Virus record (IMG/VR): IMGVR_UViG_3300020045_000602
Coordinates: 1 to 25,552 of that record
Reading direction: 5' to 3' (one strand)
DNA from: a virus
Taxonomy: Duplodnaviria > Caudoviricetes
DNA: 25,552 nucleotides
Part shown: piece after piece, positions 16,359 to 25,370 of the stretch
Numbering within the stretch: position 1 is the stretch's first letter
Layout: the number at the start of each line of letters is the position of its first letter
Made by a program: the position numbers and the translations under genes
The notes under the pieces: generated by a model
What the model was told of the DNA's origin: nothing
Seen by the model: the letters and a program-made list of their open reading frames with translations, nothing else
Database searches by the model: none

Positions 16359-16717
16359 TTGCGTACCTGTAGTGTATAAAGCACAGCCTGACCAGCGGGT
16401 GATAATGCTTGTATGTTGACTATCGTGTAAACAGTTGAACCAACTGTTACTGTCCCGTTCACAACAGGTGCATCAGTCAGGTTAATCAATACCTTTTGGT
16501 CATCCTGATGTATTAATGAATCAGGCTTGTTAATCTCGCTATTCTTATAGGGCAGTATCACGCCCTTATCAATTTGCGTGGTTGGCGTTGGCGTTGTGAC
16601 TATTCCAGTATCAGGGTCATAGACAGGGTCGCCACTAGGACTGATAACTGTCATGTTTTGCCCGAACTGAGCGATTAAGCGCCTTGCAGTAGCAGAAGCG
16701 TTATCATAAAAGCTCAT
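16355..16717 (-). CDS. Head closure / head-tail joining protein
   Basis: Start ATG 16717 (ATGA overlap). TARRLIAQFGQ, YDPDTG and LYTLQVRK motifs. Confidence 0.8.
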   Translation of the reverse strand: MSFYDNASATARRLIAQFGQNMTVISPSGDPVYDPDTGIVTTPTPTTQIDKGVILPYKNSEINKPDSLIHQDDQKVLINLTDAPVVNGTVTVGSTVYTIVNIQALSPAGQAVLYTLQVRK

Positions 16718-17226
16718 ACTCGGCACAATCCGATATTTGCACCTGATGCATTAAAAAATGGACTAAGCAGCATATTGATTTGGCGATATATCGTAGACAC
16801 ACGACCATCATCACCATATTGCACTTCAATCACGTCAATCTTCTCTTTAAGCGTCACTCTTCCAACATCAGGCGCAAGCGATGCACTCATAGCCTTTAAT
16901 GCAAGCTCACAGACAGCGTTTTGCACTTGAGTTGGTACATTATCATCAGGCCAATAAGAAAAGCCGTATAACGCTGGCGAATCCTTTTTAGGCATTAGTG
17001 AGCGTGGAAAGCTAAGGGCTTGTGTGTCTGTTCTGCGAGTGCCGCCAAACATGAGGCCATACTCACCCTCAAAATACTCAGTAGCCAGACGTAGCCACGC
17101 TTCTTTTTGTGCTGTAGTGCCTGTCCATGTAGAGATGGCGCGTGCTGTGAAATAAGCATCAGCATAAGCAACGCTTGTCAGGCTTTCGGCATCAGCCTTG
17201 CCCGTTCCATCTTCAACTATCAGCAT
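16714..17226 (-). CDS. Head-tail adaptor (DnaT-like phage family)
   Basis: LIVEDGTGKADAES, QALSFPR, VQNAVCELAL and EKIDVIEVQY motifs. Confidence 0.85.
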   Translation of the reverse strand: MLIVEDGTGKADAESLTSVAYADAYFTARAISTWTGTTAQKEAWLRLATEYFEGEYGLMFGGTRRTDTQALSFPRSLMPKKDSPALYGFSYWPDDNVPTQVQNAVCELALKAMSASLAPDVGRVTLKEKIDVIEVQYGDDGRVSTIYRQINMLLSPFFNASGANIGLCRV

Positions 17227-17790
17227 TTAAGGTCTCTCTTCCCACCATAATGAATAAACACCAGTGCAAGTATCTGAGCCAGTGTTTGTAATCCTTAAAT
17301 AATAAGTACCAGCAGGCAATCCGCGCTCATCGTTAATGTTATCGCTCTGAGAGGCTTGTGCCTGATTGCCTTGTGTGCCAACAGAGGCCAGCATAATATC
17401 CATCACAGTGCCGCCGCTTACCGTGCCACCAGTCATCATTGTTGCCTGCGATTCGTAGTAAGGCTCAGGGCGTGATAGCATGCGGTTCTTGCCGATAATT
17501 GGCAGTGATGTGCTATATGTGCCTGCTGGCGTACCGTTAATAATCGCTTCAACTTTAATCGAACTTTGAGAAATCGTGATGTGCTGGTTGAACAGGATGA
17601 CCTCTACTGGCGATATAAACCTGATTGTTATCGAAGCTGCCGCCGCAATGCTAAATTCGTAATAGCTTCTAAATTCATGGCCTGTAAAAAAGCCCGTTTG
17701 TGCAATATCAACCTGAACGCGAGATTCGCCAAAAAGATTATCTGGGTCATCGGTAAAGCATTGCTTTGGGATGCCAAAGCGGTTAGTCAT
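17227..17790 (-). CDS. Hypothetical virion protein (possible head decoration)
   Basis: 187 aa, beta-rich, abutting its neighbours between coat and adaptor genes. Confidence 0.7.
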   Translation of the reverse strand: MTNRFGIPKQCFTDDPDNLFGESRVQVDIAQTGFFTGHEFRSYYEFSIAAAASITIRFISPVEVILFNQHITISQSSIKVEAIINGTPAGTYSTSLPIIGKNRMLSRPEPYYESQATMMTGGTVSGGTVMDIMLASVGTQGNQAQASQSDNINDERGLPAGTYYLRITNTGSDTCTGVYSLWWEERP

Positions 17791-17937
17791 TTACTTAACC
17801 TTCCACCCGCATGCTTCCATAGCAGCAACTGAATCCTTGTGTACTTCTGTCTCAGCTTCGCCATTGGTCATGACAACTTCAACAGTTTCAGGCGATTCAA
17901 TCGGCTCTGTAACTTCTGTAACTTTAGACTTAGCCAT
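17791..17937 (-). CDS. 48-aa small head-region protein (not in ORF track)
   Basis: SD GGAG, ATG 17937. MAKSKVTEVTEPIESPETVEVVMTNGEAETEVHKDSVAAMEACGWKVK. Its TAA abuts the next ATG. Confidence 0.8.
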   Translation of the reverse strand: MAKSKVTEVTEPIESPETVEVVMTNGEAETEVHKDSVAAMEACGWKVK

Positions 17938-17960
17938 TTAGTTCTCCATTGGTTAGTACA

Positions 17961-17995
17961 AATGCAAAAGCCCACTCAGTTAAGAATGGGCTTTG
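17961..17995 (-). terminator. Terminator-like hairpin after the coat gene
   Basis: AAAGCCCA-loop-TGGGCTTT then TGCATTT. Confidence 0.65.
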
Positions 17996-18003
17996 ACGTT
18001 CTA

Positions 18004-19146
18004 CTAGCCTAGCAAAATGCTCACAAAGGCTGGCTTCCATACCTTAACGTCATAGACGCAAGAGATGTCTACCATCATTTTCTTATAGCCTTTGTATACT
18101 GAAATATCGAATGACAGGCCAGACCAAGGGTCAGACACAATCATGCTTTCCTCAGCAGCATCGCCACCAGGTGGCACAGCAAATGGGCGCATAGCCACTT
18201 CGATAGCAGCACGGTGAAATGCTACGTTAGAAGTAGCAGTATTGCCTACGGTAATAGCCACGTTATCAGCAACAGCAACACGCAAGCCAGGTTCAGCAAT
18301 AGTCACCACGTTAGCAGCCAAAGCAGTAGCAACTACATACTTGTTGGTATCGCCTGTGAATGTGATAGTGTCGCCAGCCAGAATAGTGCCAGTGCCAGTA
18401 TCTACAGTGATAGCAGTAGAACCAACAGCATAGCCAGCGCCGTTATTGACCAAGTAACCAGAACCAGTACCCTTAGTCACTGCTACAGGTGCAGCAGATT
18501 CTTTCAGGCTCAAGCCTTGCAGGTTAAGCAATTCGCCTTGACGCAGAAGATTTGAACTGCCTGCTTCATTAACTTTTTGCAATTGTGCAAGGTTACGCAG
18601 TTTTGTGCCTGCCAGTGTGTTAATCACTAAAGAGGCTTGGCCATCCATCGGAGCACCGTTATCAACCAAGATTTGGCGCAGCTCTGCCACTTCGTTAAAG
18701 TTAGAAGCAAATGGAGTAGTGCCAGCAGTACCAAAAGCGCGTGATGCACCTTGATATGCCTTTTGCCATGCGTAGGTTTCAATCTGGTTGGCAATGGCGC
18801 GGAATGCTTGGGTGATTTGGTCTCCGTAAACACTTTGGAAGCCTGAGCCGTTATCCAAGTGCTTGATGTCTTCACCAGTGTATGGAATCTTGACAGAGGC
18901 AGTTTGGCTCAATGTCAGGGTCTTGTTATCAACTGTTTGGTCTGTGCCTTCTGGGATAGTCATAGAAGGGGACACGGTTGACACGGTAGCAGCACGGGTG
19001 AAGTGTGAGCGTACTACGTCATTTAAAGCAGCGCGTTCTGAGCCGCCGTTCATTGTTGAAGAGGTTACTACACCGACAAGTTCTCGGCCTACAATGTCAG
19101 CAGACTTATAAATATCTGCGGCAAGCGAGGTTAATACGTTAGCCAT
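18004..19146 (-). CDS. Major capsid protein, P22 coat (gp5)-like
   Basis: 380 aa starting MANVLT, with an inserted beta domain. Follows the scaffold. Strong SD AAGGA. Confidence 0.92.
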   Translation of the reverse strand: MANVLTSLAADIYKSADIVGRELVGVVTSSTMNGGSERAALNDVVRSHFTRAATVSTVSPSMTIPEGTDQTVDNKTLTLSQTASVKIPYTGEDIKHLDNGSGFQSVYGDQITQAFRAIANQIETYAWQKAYQGASRAFGTAGTTPFASNFNEVAELRQILVDNGAPMDGQASLVINTLAGTKLRNLAQLQKVNEAGSSNLLRQGELLNLQGLSLKESAAPVAVTKGTGSGYLVNNGAGYAVGSTAITVDTGTGTILAGDTITFTGDTNKYVVATALAANVVTIAEPGLRVAVADNVAITVGNTATSNVAFHRAAIEVAMRPFAVPPGGDAAEESMIVSDPWSGLSFDISVYKGYKKMMVDISCVYDVKVWKPAFVSILLG

Positions 19147-19169
19147 GATAATTTCCTTTTAATGGGCGT

Positions 19170-19195
19170 AAAAAAACCGCCCATATAGAGCGGTT
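19170..19195 (-). terminator. Intrinsic terminator-like hairpin between scaffold and coat
   Basis: AACCGCT-CTATATG-GGCGGTT then a T run. Confidence 0.7.
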
Positions 19196-19211
19196 GTTAC
19201 TTTGGTTTAAA

Positions 19212-19850
19212 TTAATCTACTACTGTGCCACCTTCTTTTGCAAAGGCGATACGTTCTTGTTGCGAAGCAGCATCAAATGCGCTCCGTTGCATTGTCTTAC
19301 CTTTAACCTGACTACCATTGCTGCCTTGGCTATTGCCGCCTGAGTTGTTAGGCGCAGTAACGAAGTGCTTGCCTTCATCTCCAGCCGCCCATTCTTTAAC
19401 AAATACGGACAGTTCTTTATCGCCTACTACAGCTTTGCGTATGTCACCTTCAGCAACAATCTTTACCTGTCCTGATAGCATGGCTTGCACCGCTTTCAAG
19501 TGGACAGGGTTAGTGACGTTTGCTTTGAGTAACTCTGCGCTTAGTCCGTTCTCAACAAGCAGCTTTTGCGTGAATGCTGATTCTGAACCTAGCTTTTCTG
19601 TAGCTTCCTTAGCCGTTTTCTGCGCTGTTTTGAGTTCGCTTTGTGCCTTAGACAAATCACCTTGCAGTGTTTCGATTTGGCTTTCCAGCTTCTCTAAATC
19701 CTCTGGATTGACTTGCTTGCCTTTCTTAGCTTCTTTCAGCTCTTTCAACAGTTCAGCATTTTTTGTTGATAAGCCTTCGGTTGCTTCAGTGACGGCAGCT
19801 TTAATGGCAGCGGCTACTTCTGGTGCGGATAAATCTATTGCGTCTGGCAT
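19212..19850 (-). CDS. Capsid scaffolding protein
   Basis: Start set at ATG 19850 (SD GAGGA). Coiled coil, Gly/Ser linker and short C-terminal coat-binding-like helices. Confidence 0.85.
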   Translation of the reverse strand: MPDAIDLSAPEVAAAIKAAVTEATEGLSTKNAELLKELKEAKKGKQVNPEDLEKLESQIETLQGDLSKAQSELKTAQKTAKEATEKLGSESAFTQKLLVENGLSAELLKANVTNPVHLKAVQAMLSGQVKIVAEGDIRKAVVGDKELSVFVKEWAAGDEGKHFVTAPNNSGGNSQGSNGSQVKGKTMQRSAFDAASQQERIAFAKEGGTVVD

Positions 19851-19887
19851 GGTATAGTCCTCTGGACAGGTTGCGAGGCTCTGCCTC

Positions 19888-19924
19888 AATAAAAAAGCCC
19901 ACGCCCCTCAAGGGTATGAGCTTT
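19888..19924 (-). terminator. Intrinsic terminator after the head morphogenesis gene
   Basis: AAAGCTCATACCC-loop-GGGCGTGGGCTTT then TTTATT. Confidence 0.65.
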
Positions 19925-19927
19925 CGG

Positions 19928-20986
19928 TTAAATCTTTGAAAAAGCGCTTGCATCTCTTTGGCGCAATTCATCCAATGTGTAACTGTGACCTTGTGGCGAT
20001 ACAAACTTATCAAGCGTTAATCCACCATCTCGGAATAGCTTGGCCTTAGTCACGCCTAATACTTCGTTTTGACGCGATACTGGCTGCTTCTTTAGCCATT
20101 CCTGATAGGTTGTGCTGGCAGGGACTTGACCATCAATCGAAGCTCTTGTGCTTTCTGGCACTTCATCTATATCCAAACCAAGCTCACGAAATGACTTAGT
20201 AACTACAGTGTAACGGCTTCTGCACCTAAAATGGGCAGGGATAGCGGGCTTGTTTGCACCAAGGCGATAAAAGTTGCCGTCTCTTGAGCTGCATAGCAAT
20301 GTTGTCTTGGCATCTAGCGTTGCAGTGTAGCGATAGCCCTTGATAACATCACTGTTAGCCTCGTAGACCTTTTCTGCTGCAAAGTTAGAGGTATGGCTAA
20401 GGGCAGTCAGCACTACGCTCTCTGTGTTTCGGCGTGTGATGTTTAATATGCCATCACTGTATCTTAATGCTCTTGTGCCGCGAATGCGTTGCACTATCTG
20501 GCTGGTAGTCTGGCCTTCAATAAATCCCATGCGGATAGCGTCACGAATCTTTATAGCTCTGTCTGCCTCAAGATTAGCCATGAACTCTTTTAATAGCTTG
20601 CCTTGAAATGGCTGTGCCATCGCAGCAGCATAAACCACGGAAGGTGTGACAGTATTTACAGCAACTGGCAGGCTATTCGTAAGCAGTTGGTATTGGTAGC
20701 CAGTTTCGTACTCGGTGAAGTCATCAAGCTCTTTGTATAGCTCTTTATTCACTACCTCGAATGCTTTTGAGTTGACCTCTCGCACACCTTCCAGCATGGT
20801 ATTGAGCCTTGATACTTTCAGGCCGCCTTCTGGCATTTTCTCAATAGCACGTTCAATCTGTCTAATCAGGTCTGCATCAGTTTTATTGAGCAGCCGGATA
20901 ATCCTGTTTACTACTTGGTTATTGTAGCCTTGCAGGTCGATTTGATGCATGACAAGGCTATCAAACAGGTCATCATTCAGCGCCAT
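19928..20986 (-). CDS. Head morphogenesis protein (SPP1 gp7 / MuF family)
   Basis: ATLDAKTTLLCSSRDG, PAHFRCRS and TYQEWLKKQ motifs. Follows the portal. Confidence 0.92.
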   Translation of the reverse strand: MALNDDLFDSLVMHQIDLQGYNNQVVNRIIRLLNKTDADLIRQIERAIEKMPEGGLKVSRLNTMLEGVREVNSKAFEVVNKELYKELDDFTEYETGYQYQLLTNSLPVAVNTVTPSVVYAAAMAQPFQGKLLKEFMANLEADRAIKIRDAIRMGFIEGQTTSQIVQRIRGTRALRYSDGILNITRRNTESVVLTALSHTSNFAAEKVYEANSDVIKGYRYTATLDAKTTLLCSSRDGNFYRLGANKPAIPAHFRCRSRYTVVTKSFRELGLDIDEVPESTRASIDGQVPASTTYQEWLKKQPVSRQNEVLGVTKAKLFRDGGLTLDKFVSPQGHSYTLDELRQRDASAFSKI

Positions 20987-22385
20987 CAGTCATGCCTAAA
21001 GGTGGCTGCTCTGCTATCTTTTCCTGTTCTTCTTCTGCTGTCACATCAGCAGGCATAATCTCACCACGGACTAGGTTATAGTGCATGGTCTCAAATGATA
21101 TGCCGCCAGCTTGCCAAGCCTTAACAAGTTCGGCTAGGTCTTGAGCTGTCATGCCAACAGGCAAGTAGTCAGTGTTCAAGTGTATTTCAATATTGCCGCT
21201 AACACCTGCCCATTGCGATATGACCTGCATCACCTCTTCAAGCAATTCGCTGGCAGCGTAAGCAATACTAGCCAATACAGAGTTTTCGCCACTGCGATTG
21301 ATTGCAGCAGTCTCGGCAGCTTCTGCCATTCTCTTCTCAGGCGCAAGCATACGAGCACCTAAACTAGCTAGCTTGGCCTCTTTTTCCTCTAATGCTTTAG
21401 ATAGTTGTTGCAGTCCTTGTCCAGTAAACTCAAGGTATGAGGCTTTAGCATCCTTGCTAGGGAATACCCAAGCGGTGGATGAACCAATAGATAGCGTCTC
21501 AGTCGGTATGCCTTTATCATTAGTTTTTACATCGTAGCCAGTGACTACAGGAGTAGGCAAGCCAGTAAAATGCAAGCCGTGCTCATAGTCAGCAGTCGTC
21601 TTATAGTGAGACAGGTTGACATCAACCATATCAATAAGAGGCGGCTTCTTAATGCTTACCGATTTACCAATAGCACTGTAGATATAGAACGGGATGAACT
21701 TTAACGGCTGATTGTTCATCATCGGATAGTATTCATCAATCAATACATCTTTTTTATGTTCATCCTTTTGGATAATTCTGACACGATATTTGCCTTCAAA
21801 CAGGTCAAGCACTCTCCATTGTGGAGTTACGACTGTTTTGAACTCGTCTTTAGGGTCAATGCTAGATATGTGTTCAGCTAATACAACCTTGTTAAGCTGA
21901 TCGTAAGCGCCAGCCTCCCAATTGATAATAGCCAGTGCTGAATAAATGCTTGCATAAGGGCGAAGGCCAAGTGATTGCGCTTCCCCTACTGTGGTAACTG
22001 GCACATCAGTCTTTGGATAGTCTACCAACACACCAACCCGGCCTACGCTCATTATATGGTCAACAATCGTCTCAGAGAAGCCAAGCAAGCTAGTGCCAGC
22101 CTTGTCCATATCCTCTTGAGCAAATTCAAGGCCAGCAGGTAAGGTTACTTGCGGCTCTTTACGGAATATCAGCCCTGTCATACCATCAAGTGTGCGGCCT
22201 ACTGCGTTATAGAATAATGCGCGACCTAAGTATGCCTTGTATTGTGCATCATCCTGACCAGACAAGCGGGGCAAGTATGTTTCACGCCCTTCGTGGATAG
22301 CATCCTGCCCCTCAATCGAGGCTAGGCATCGCTTCCACTTGGCTGCATTAGCCTCATAGTCTGGGTGAAGGGTATCAACTGGCAT
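20973..22385 (-). CDS. Portal protein (DUF4055-like)
   Basis: 470 aa after terL. YLGRALFYN and GRVGVLVDYP motifs. Confidence 0.92.
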   Translation of the reverse strand: MPVDTLHPDYEANAAKWKRCLASIEGQDAIHEGRETYLPRLSGQDDAQYKAYLGRALFYNAVGRTLDGMTGLIFRKEPQVTLPAGLEFAQEDMDKAGTSLLGFSETIVDHIMSVGRVGVLVDYPKTDVPVTTVGEAQSLGLRPYASIYSALAIINWEAGAYDQLNKVVLAEHISSIDPKDEFKTVVTPQWRVLDLFEGKYRVRIIQKDEHKKDVLIDEYYPMMNNQPLKFIPFYIYSAIGKSVSIKKPPLIDMVDVNLSHYKTTADYEHGLHFTGLPTPVVTGYDVKTNDKGIPTETLSIGSSTAWVFPSKDAKASYLEFTGQGLQQLSKALEEKEAKLASLGARMLAPEKRMAEAAETAAINRSGENSVLASIAYAASELLEEVMQVISQWAGVSGNIEIHLNTDYLPVGMTAQDLAELVKAWQAGGISFETMHYNLVRGEIMPADVTAEEEQEKIAEQPPLGMTDGAE

Positions 22386-23665
22386 TATATTCCTTGAATC
22401 ACTACGCGCTGTAGGGATGGTTTAACTATTGGGAACTCGTAACAAATTCCGTACCCAAATGAATCATTCTGATGGTCGAACCCTGACTTTTTATCAGGCT
22501 CACCATTTTTATCGTAAGCTTGTTGCTCAAGATGTTTTGCTACTGTTGGCGCTTTGGTATCGTTTACCCAAAGCCTGCCAATCTGAAATTGTTTGTTGAC
22601 TGCGTTAATGCGGTCTTTTACAGCAGGGTTAGCATCGTTTACTTTGACATCGAAATTAGCTTGTCTTAATAGCGATATGTCAGACTGACTTGCGTCTACT
22701 GTTTTTCTATTGTTGCCGGATGCATCAGGGTAAACAATGATTCTGTTTTCCTTGTAGCGTTCGCGTATTGCTCGAATCATATCGGGCGTGTCAAACAAGT
22801 CTGTAAACTCGTCAACAGCATGCCATCCATTTTCTCTGACCACAAAAACAGTAGCCGCCATGTGCATAACGTTGAAGTCCATGCCAACACGCAAGGCTTC
22901 GTTACCAATAACTACCTGGTTAGAACGGTGAGTTACTCTGTTATAGCTACGGTAGACCGTTCCAGTATTGAGGTTGGTGAACTGCCCATTTAGGTAGGCA
23001 GCTATTAATTCCTCTGGGTAGGTGTCAATCAGTGATTGTATGTAGTCATCAGGAAGGTTGGCTTCGTTAGCATAAGTGCTGGCCTGTATCATTCCATATG
23101 AGCTGGATAGTTTTGGGTTCTTTTGAACCTCGGTAACAAATAGCCTGTATGTCTCTTTAAAGCCTTCTGGAGTGGTTGTTATGTCAGCGCCATTCCTCAA
23201 TCCTGCATCTGCATATCTTAATCTGGCAATTATCTTGCGCCATGCATCACGGGCTTTTTTAGCCTCCATCACGTCTATCTCATCAATATGAGCATGACCT
23301 ATCTTGAAGCCAATGATTGTTTGTGGGCGCTCCATCGAACGGCAAATGGTTGTGCCTTTGTAAAACCTGCCATTGTAAATATGGACTTCTTTATTTGATT
23401 CTTTTAAGTCTGCCCTAAGTCCCATTGAGAAGGCTATCTCTTCAATGGTAGGAAAGTATATGTCTCGTATCTGTGGGTAGGTAGGTGCAAAATAGCCTTG
23501 ATTGACCTTTGGATGTTCCCAATAGTGCTTACAAGAGGCTACAGCGCCTATAACCGATTTACCTGTGCCGTATCCAGCTACGAATGCCCTGTACTTGTGT
23601 AGCAATGCCAGAAACTGCGCTTGCGGTACATTAGCGTTAAACTCAGTCTGTAGTACGGCTGGCAT
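22385..23665 (-). CDS. terL: Terminase large subunit
   Basis: Walker A AGYGTGKS, Walker B AHIDE, TTTP coupling motif and nuclease GMDFN...DHQND. Confidence 0.96.
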   Translation of the reverse strand: MPAVLQTEFNANVPQAQFLALLHKYRAFVAGYGTGKSVIGAVASCKHYWEHPKVNQGYFAPTYPQIRDIYFPTIEEIAFSMGLRADLKESNKEVHIYNGRFYKGTTICRSMERPQTIIGFKIGHAHIDEIDVMEAKKARDAWRKIIARLRYADAGLRNGADITTTPEGFKETYRLFVTEVQKNPKLSSSYGMIQASTYANEANLPDDYIQSLIDTYPEELIAAYLNGQFTNLNTGTVYRSYNRVTHRSNQVVIGNEALRVGMDFNVMHMAATVFVVRENGWHAVDEFTDLFDTPDMIRAIRERYKENRIIVYPDASGNNRKTVDASQSDISLLRQANFDVKVNDANPAVKDRINAVNKQFQIGRLWVNDTKAPTVAKHLEQQAYDKNGEPDKKSGFDHQNDSFGYGICYEFPIVKPSLQRVVIQGI

Positions 23666-24056
23666 CTTTTACACCAATAATGACCTGGGATGGTTGTTGC
23701 TCTTCATCTAGTTCTAGGTCATCACGCTTGTCTAAGAACCCAAGTAATTTAGCCTTACCCATAGTTGCAGCAGTTGCCGCGCTTGATTGAGGCGTTACTG
23801 CTGTTAGTGCCGCTTTTCTATTCTCTTCTAGCTCACTTAATAGACTATCAATAGTGATATTGTGGCGTTCTAGGGCGGGTTTTCTTAATTCTGCTAGTCT
23901 TACCGCTATCTTACCGTTAGCCAGTAACTCGCAAGCCTTGACATTAATTACGGCATCTTTCATTTTCGATGCATCGTAAGATTTTCTGTATGCCTCTGTA
24001 GCGTTCCCAGTTTCTAAATATGCTAGGCAGAAGTTTTCCTGTTTAGGTGTCAACAT
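23643..24056 (-). CDS. terS: Terminase small subunit
   Basis: LTPKQENFCLAYLETGNATEAYRKSY HTH motif. Directly upstream of terL. Confidence 0.93.
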   Translation of the reverse strand: MLTPKQENFCLAYLETGNATEAYRKSYDASKMKDAVINVKACELLANGKIAVRLAELRKPALERHNITIDSLLSELEENRKAALTAVTPQSSAATAATMGKAKLLGFLDKRDDLELDEEQQPSQVIIGVKDASRTTD

Positions 24057-24654
24057 ATATTATGTTTACCTTGCCAGGATAAGCCGAGTTTATCTTATCT
24101 TCTACAGCAAGCAACCATCGACTTATACTCTCCTCTAGCTTTGGAAAGCCCAATGCTATATGAGCCATCTTTAACTCGAAGTCTATAAACTGCTCTTCTG
24201 TTACGCATGCGCGGCGCTCTAATGAGAACCCTGCAAATATTTTCTTGATGTTTTCGCTGCGGCGACACTCATTCATGAAACGTCTAGTTAAAAGCAAGTA
24301 TGGTGAAGTCAACCCTTCTACATTCCATATCTTTTGCGATTTTGCTTTTAATGCATGGTCTGGATTAAATCCACCCTCATGGATGTTAAGTAATTTAATG
24401 CCTTGAGCTTTTGCTCTATCTATCCACAGCTTTTCCTTAGCTATAGGATTGGCTACCTCTTCGATAACAATTAGCTCTGGAGCATGCCCAAGAGACTTTA
24501 GCTTTCTTATCCATGCAGAAACTGGATATTTACTATATTTACCACAATGAGATTTAAAGCGCTTTGCTATATTTTTTGATTGCCCAATATATTTTAGGGT
24601 GCCAGTCATTGGGTCAACCAGCCCATATATTCCACTGATTGATAATGCTGTCAT
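24043..24654 (-). CDS. GIY-YIG endonuclease
   Basis: SGIYGL..KYIGQSKNIAKRFKSH..E..W..LLN. Start likely ATG 24654 (SD GAGGG) rather than GTG 24684. Confidence 0.88.
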   Translation of the reverse strand: MTALSISGIYGLVDPMTGTLKYIGQSKNIAKRFKSHCGKYSKYPVSAWIRKLKSLGHAPELIVIEEVANPIAKEKLWIDRAKAQGIKLLNIHEGGFNPDHALKAKSQKIWNVEGLTSPYLLLTRRFMNECRRSENIKKIFAGFSLERRACVTEEQFIDFELKMAHIALGFPKLEESISRWLLAVEDKINSAYPGKVNIIYVDT

Positions 24655-24694
24655 ATCTTGCACCCTCTGGGTTATTTGTGCCACTCAATGGCGT

Positions 24695-24717
24695 AAAAAA
24701 AGCCGCCTCAGGCAGCT
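24695..24717 (-). terminator. tR'-like terminator just downstream of the late promoter
   Basis: AGCTGCC-TGA-GGCGGCT then a T run, about 50 nt after the predicted start. Confidence 0.78.
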
Positions 24718-24750
24718 CAAATTTTGGGGGCAACTTCTCCCTTGAGAAAA

Positions 24751-24779
24751 ATAATAGCGCTTTCAGTGTTTCGTGTCAA
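24751..24779 (-). promoter_or_regulatory. pR'-like late promoter
   Basis: TTGACA (24779-24774), 17 bp, TATTAT (24756-24751), directly after the Q-like gene. Confidence 0.8.
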
Positions 24780-24785
24780 ACATTT

Positions 24786-25112
24786 TTATATCATGCCTCG
24801 TCTTGTAGCGATAGATAGCAAGTTATCCATAGCATTGGATAGCAGAGATTCATAGTCTTTAGGCTTTAACGCTTCCAGGTATCTTGCACTTATTGCGGCT
24901 TGTTGCTCATTTGGCAATCCGTCAATAATGGCGTTGATAGCTATGACGCTGGTTAAATCTGCATCCTCTAGCATGTGTTCAAAGGCTTCTGATGTTGATT
25001 CGCCCCCTGATGATAGCATTAAGCTTTTAGATGGATAGCCTAGCTTGTGGGATGGTTGGCGCATCCATAAAGCCCAGTCCTGTAATATGTCTAGCAGTCG
25101 ATTGATGGTCAA
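24786..25112 (-). CDS. Putative Q-like late antiterminator
   Basis: LQDWALWMR..LGYPSKS and INAIIDGLP..QQAAISARY motifs. Directly precedes a promoter-terminator pair. TTG start with SD AAGGGA. Confidence 0.7.
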   Translation of the reverse strand: MTINRLLDILQDWALWMRQPSHKLGYPSKSLMLSSGGESTSEAFEHMLEDADLTSVIAINAIIDGLPNEQQAAISARYLEALKPKDYESLLSNAMDNLLSIATRRGMI

Positions 25113-25115
25113 TTT

Positions 25116-25298
25116 TTATCCCTTGATAGTTGTGCCATATAATCTGCTTCCGATCTGGTTTAATACTTGTTGCTGGATATGGCTTAGGCTCAGGAACTGT
25201 TCATCTGTTACAACGAGTATTCTATCATTTAGCCATGCTTCACGCTTTACTTGATAGGTGTCTTGAGTAGGGATGAATTTGGCTAAAGATGATTTCAT
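25116..25298 (-). CDS. Hypothetical phage protein
   Basis: Probable start ATG 25298 (track 25331). Packs against the Q-like gene. Confidence 0.6.
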   Translation of the reverse strand: MKSSLAKFIPTQDTYQVKREAWLNDRILVVTDEQFLSLSHIQQQVLNQIGSRLYGTTIKG

Positions 25299-25370
25299 AA
25301 GTGTTAGCGCCCAATGCGAAAGGGGATACATAGGAGGACATTGCCGCTAACTTGCGGGGTTATGGCACAC

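Noticed and set aside
18001-18010. Read-through or frameshift extension of the coat protein
   Set aside because: Tandem TAG TAG stops followed by a terminator-like hairpin, and no slippery site.
19928-20986. MuF polymorphic toxin
   Set aside because: The protein ends shortly after the gp7 domain, with no toxin extension or immunity gene.
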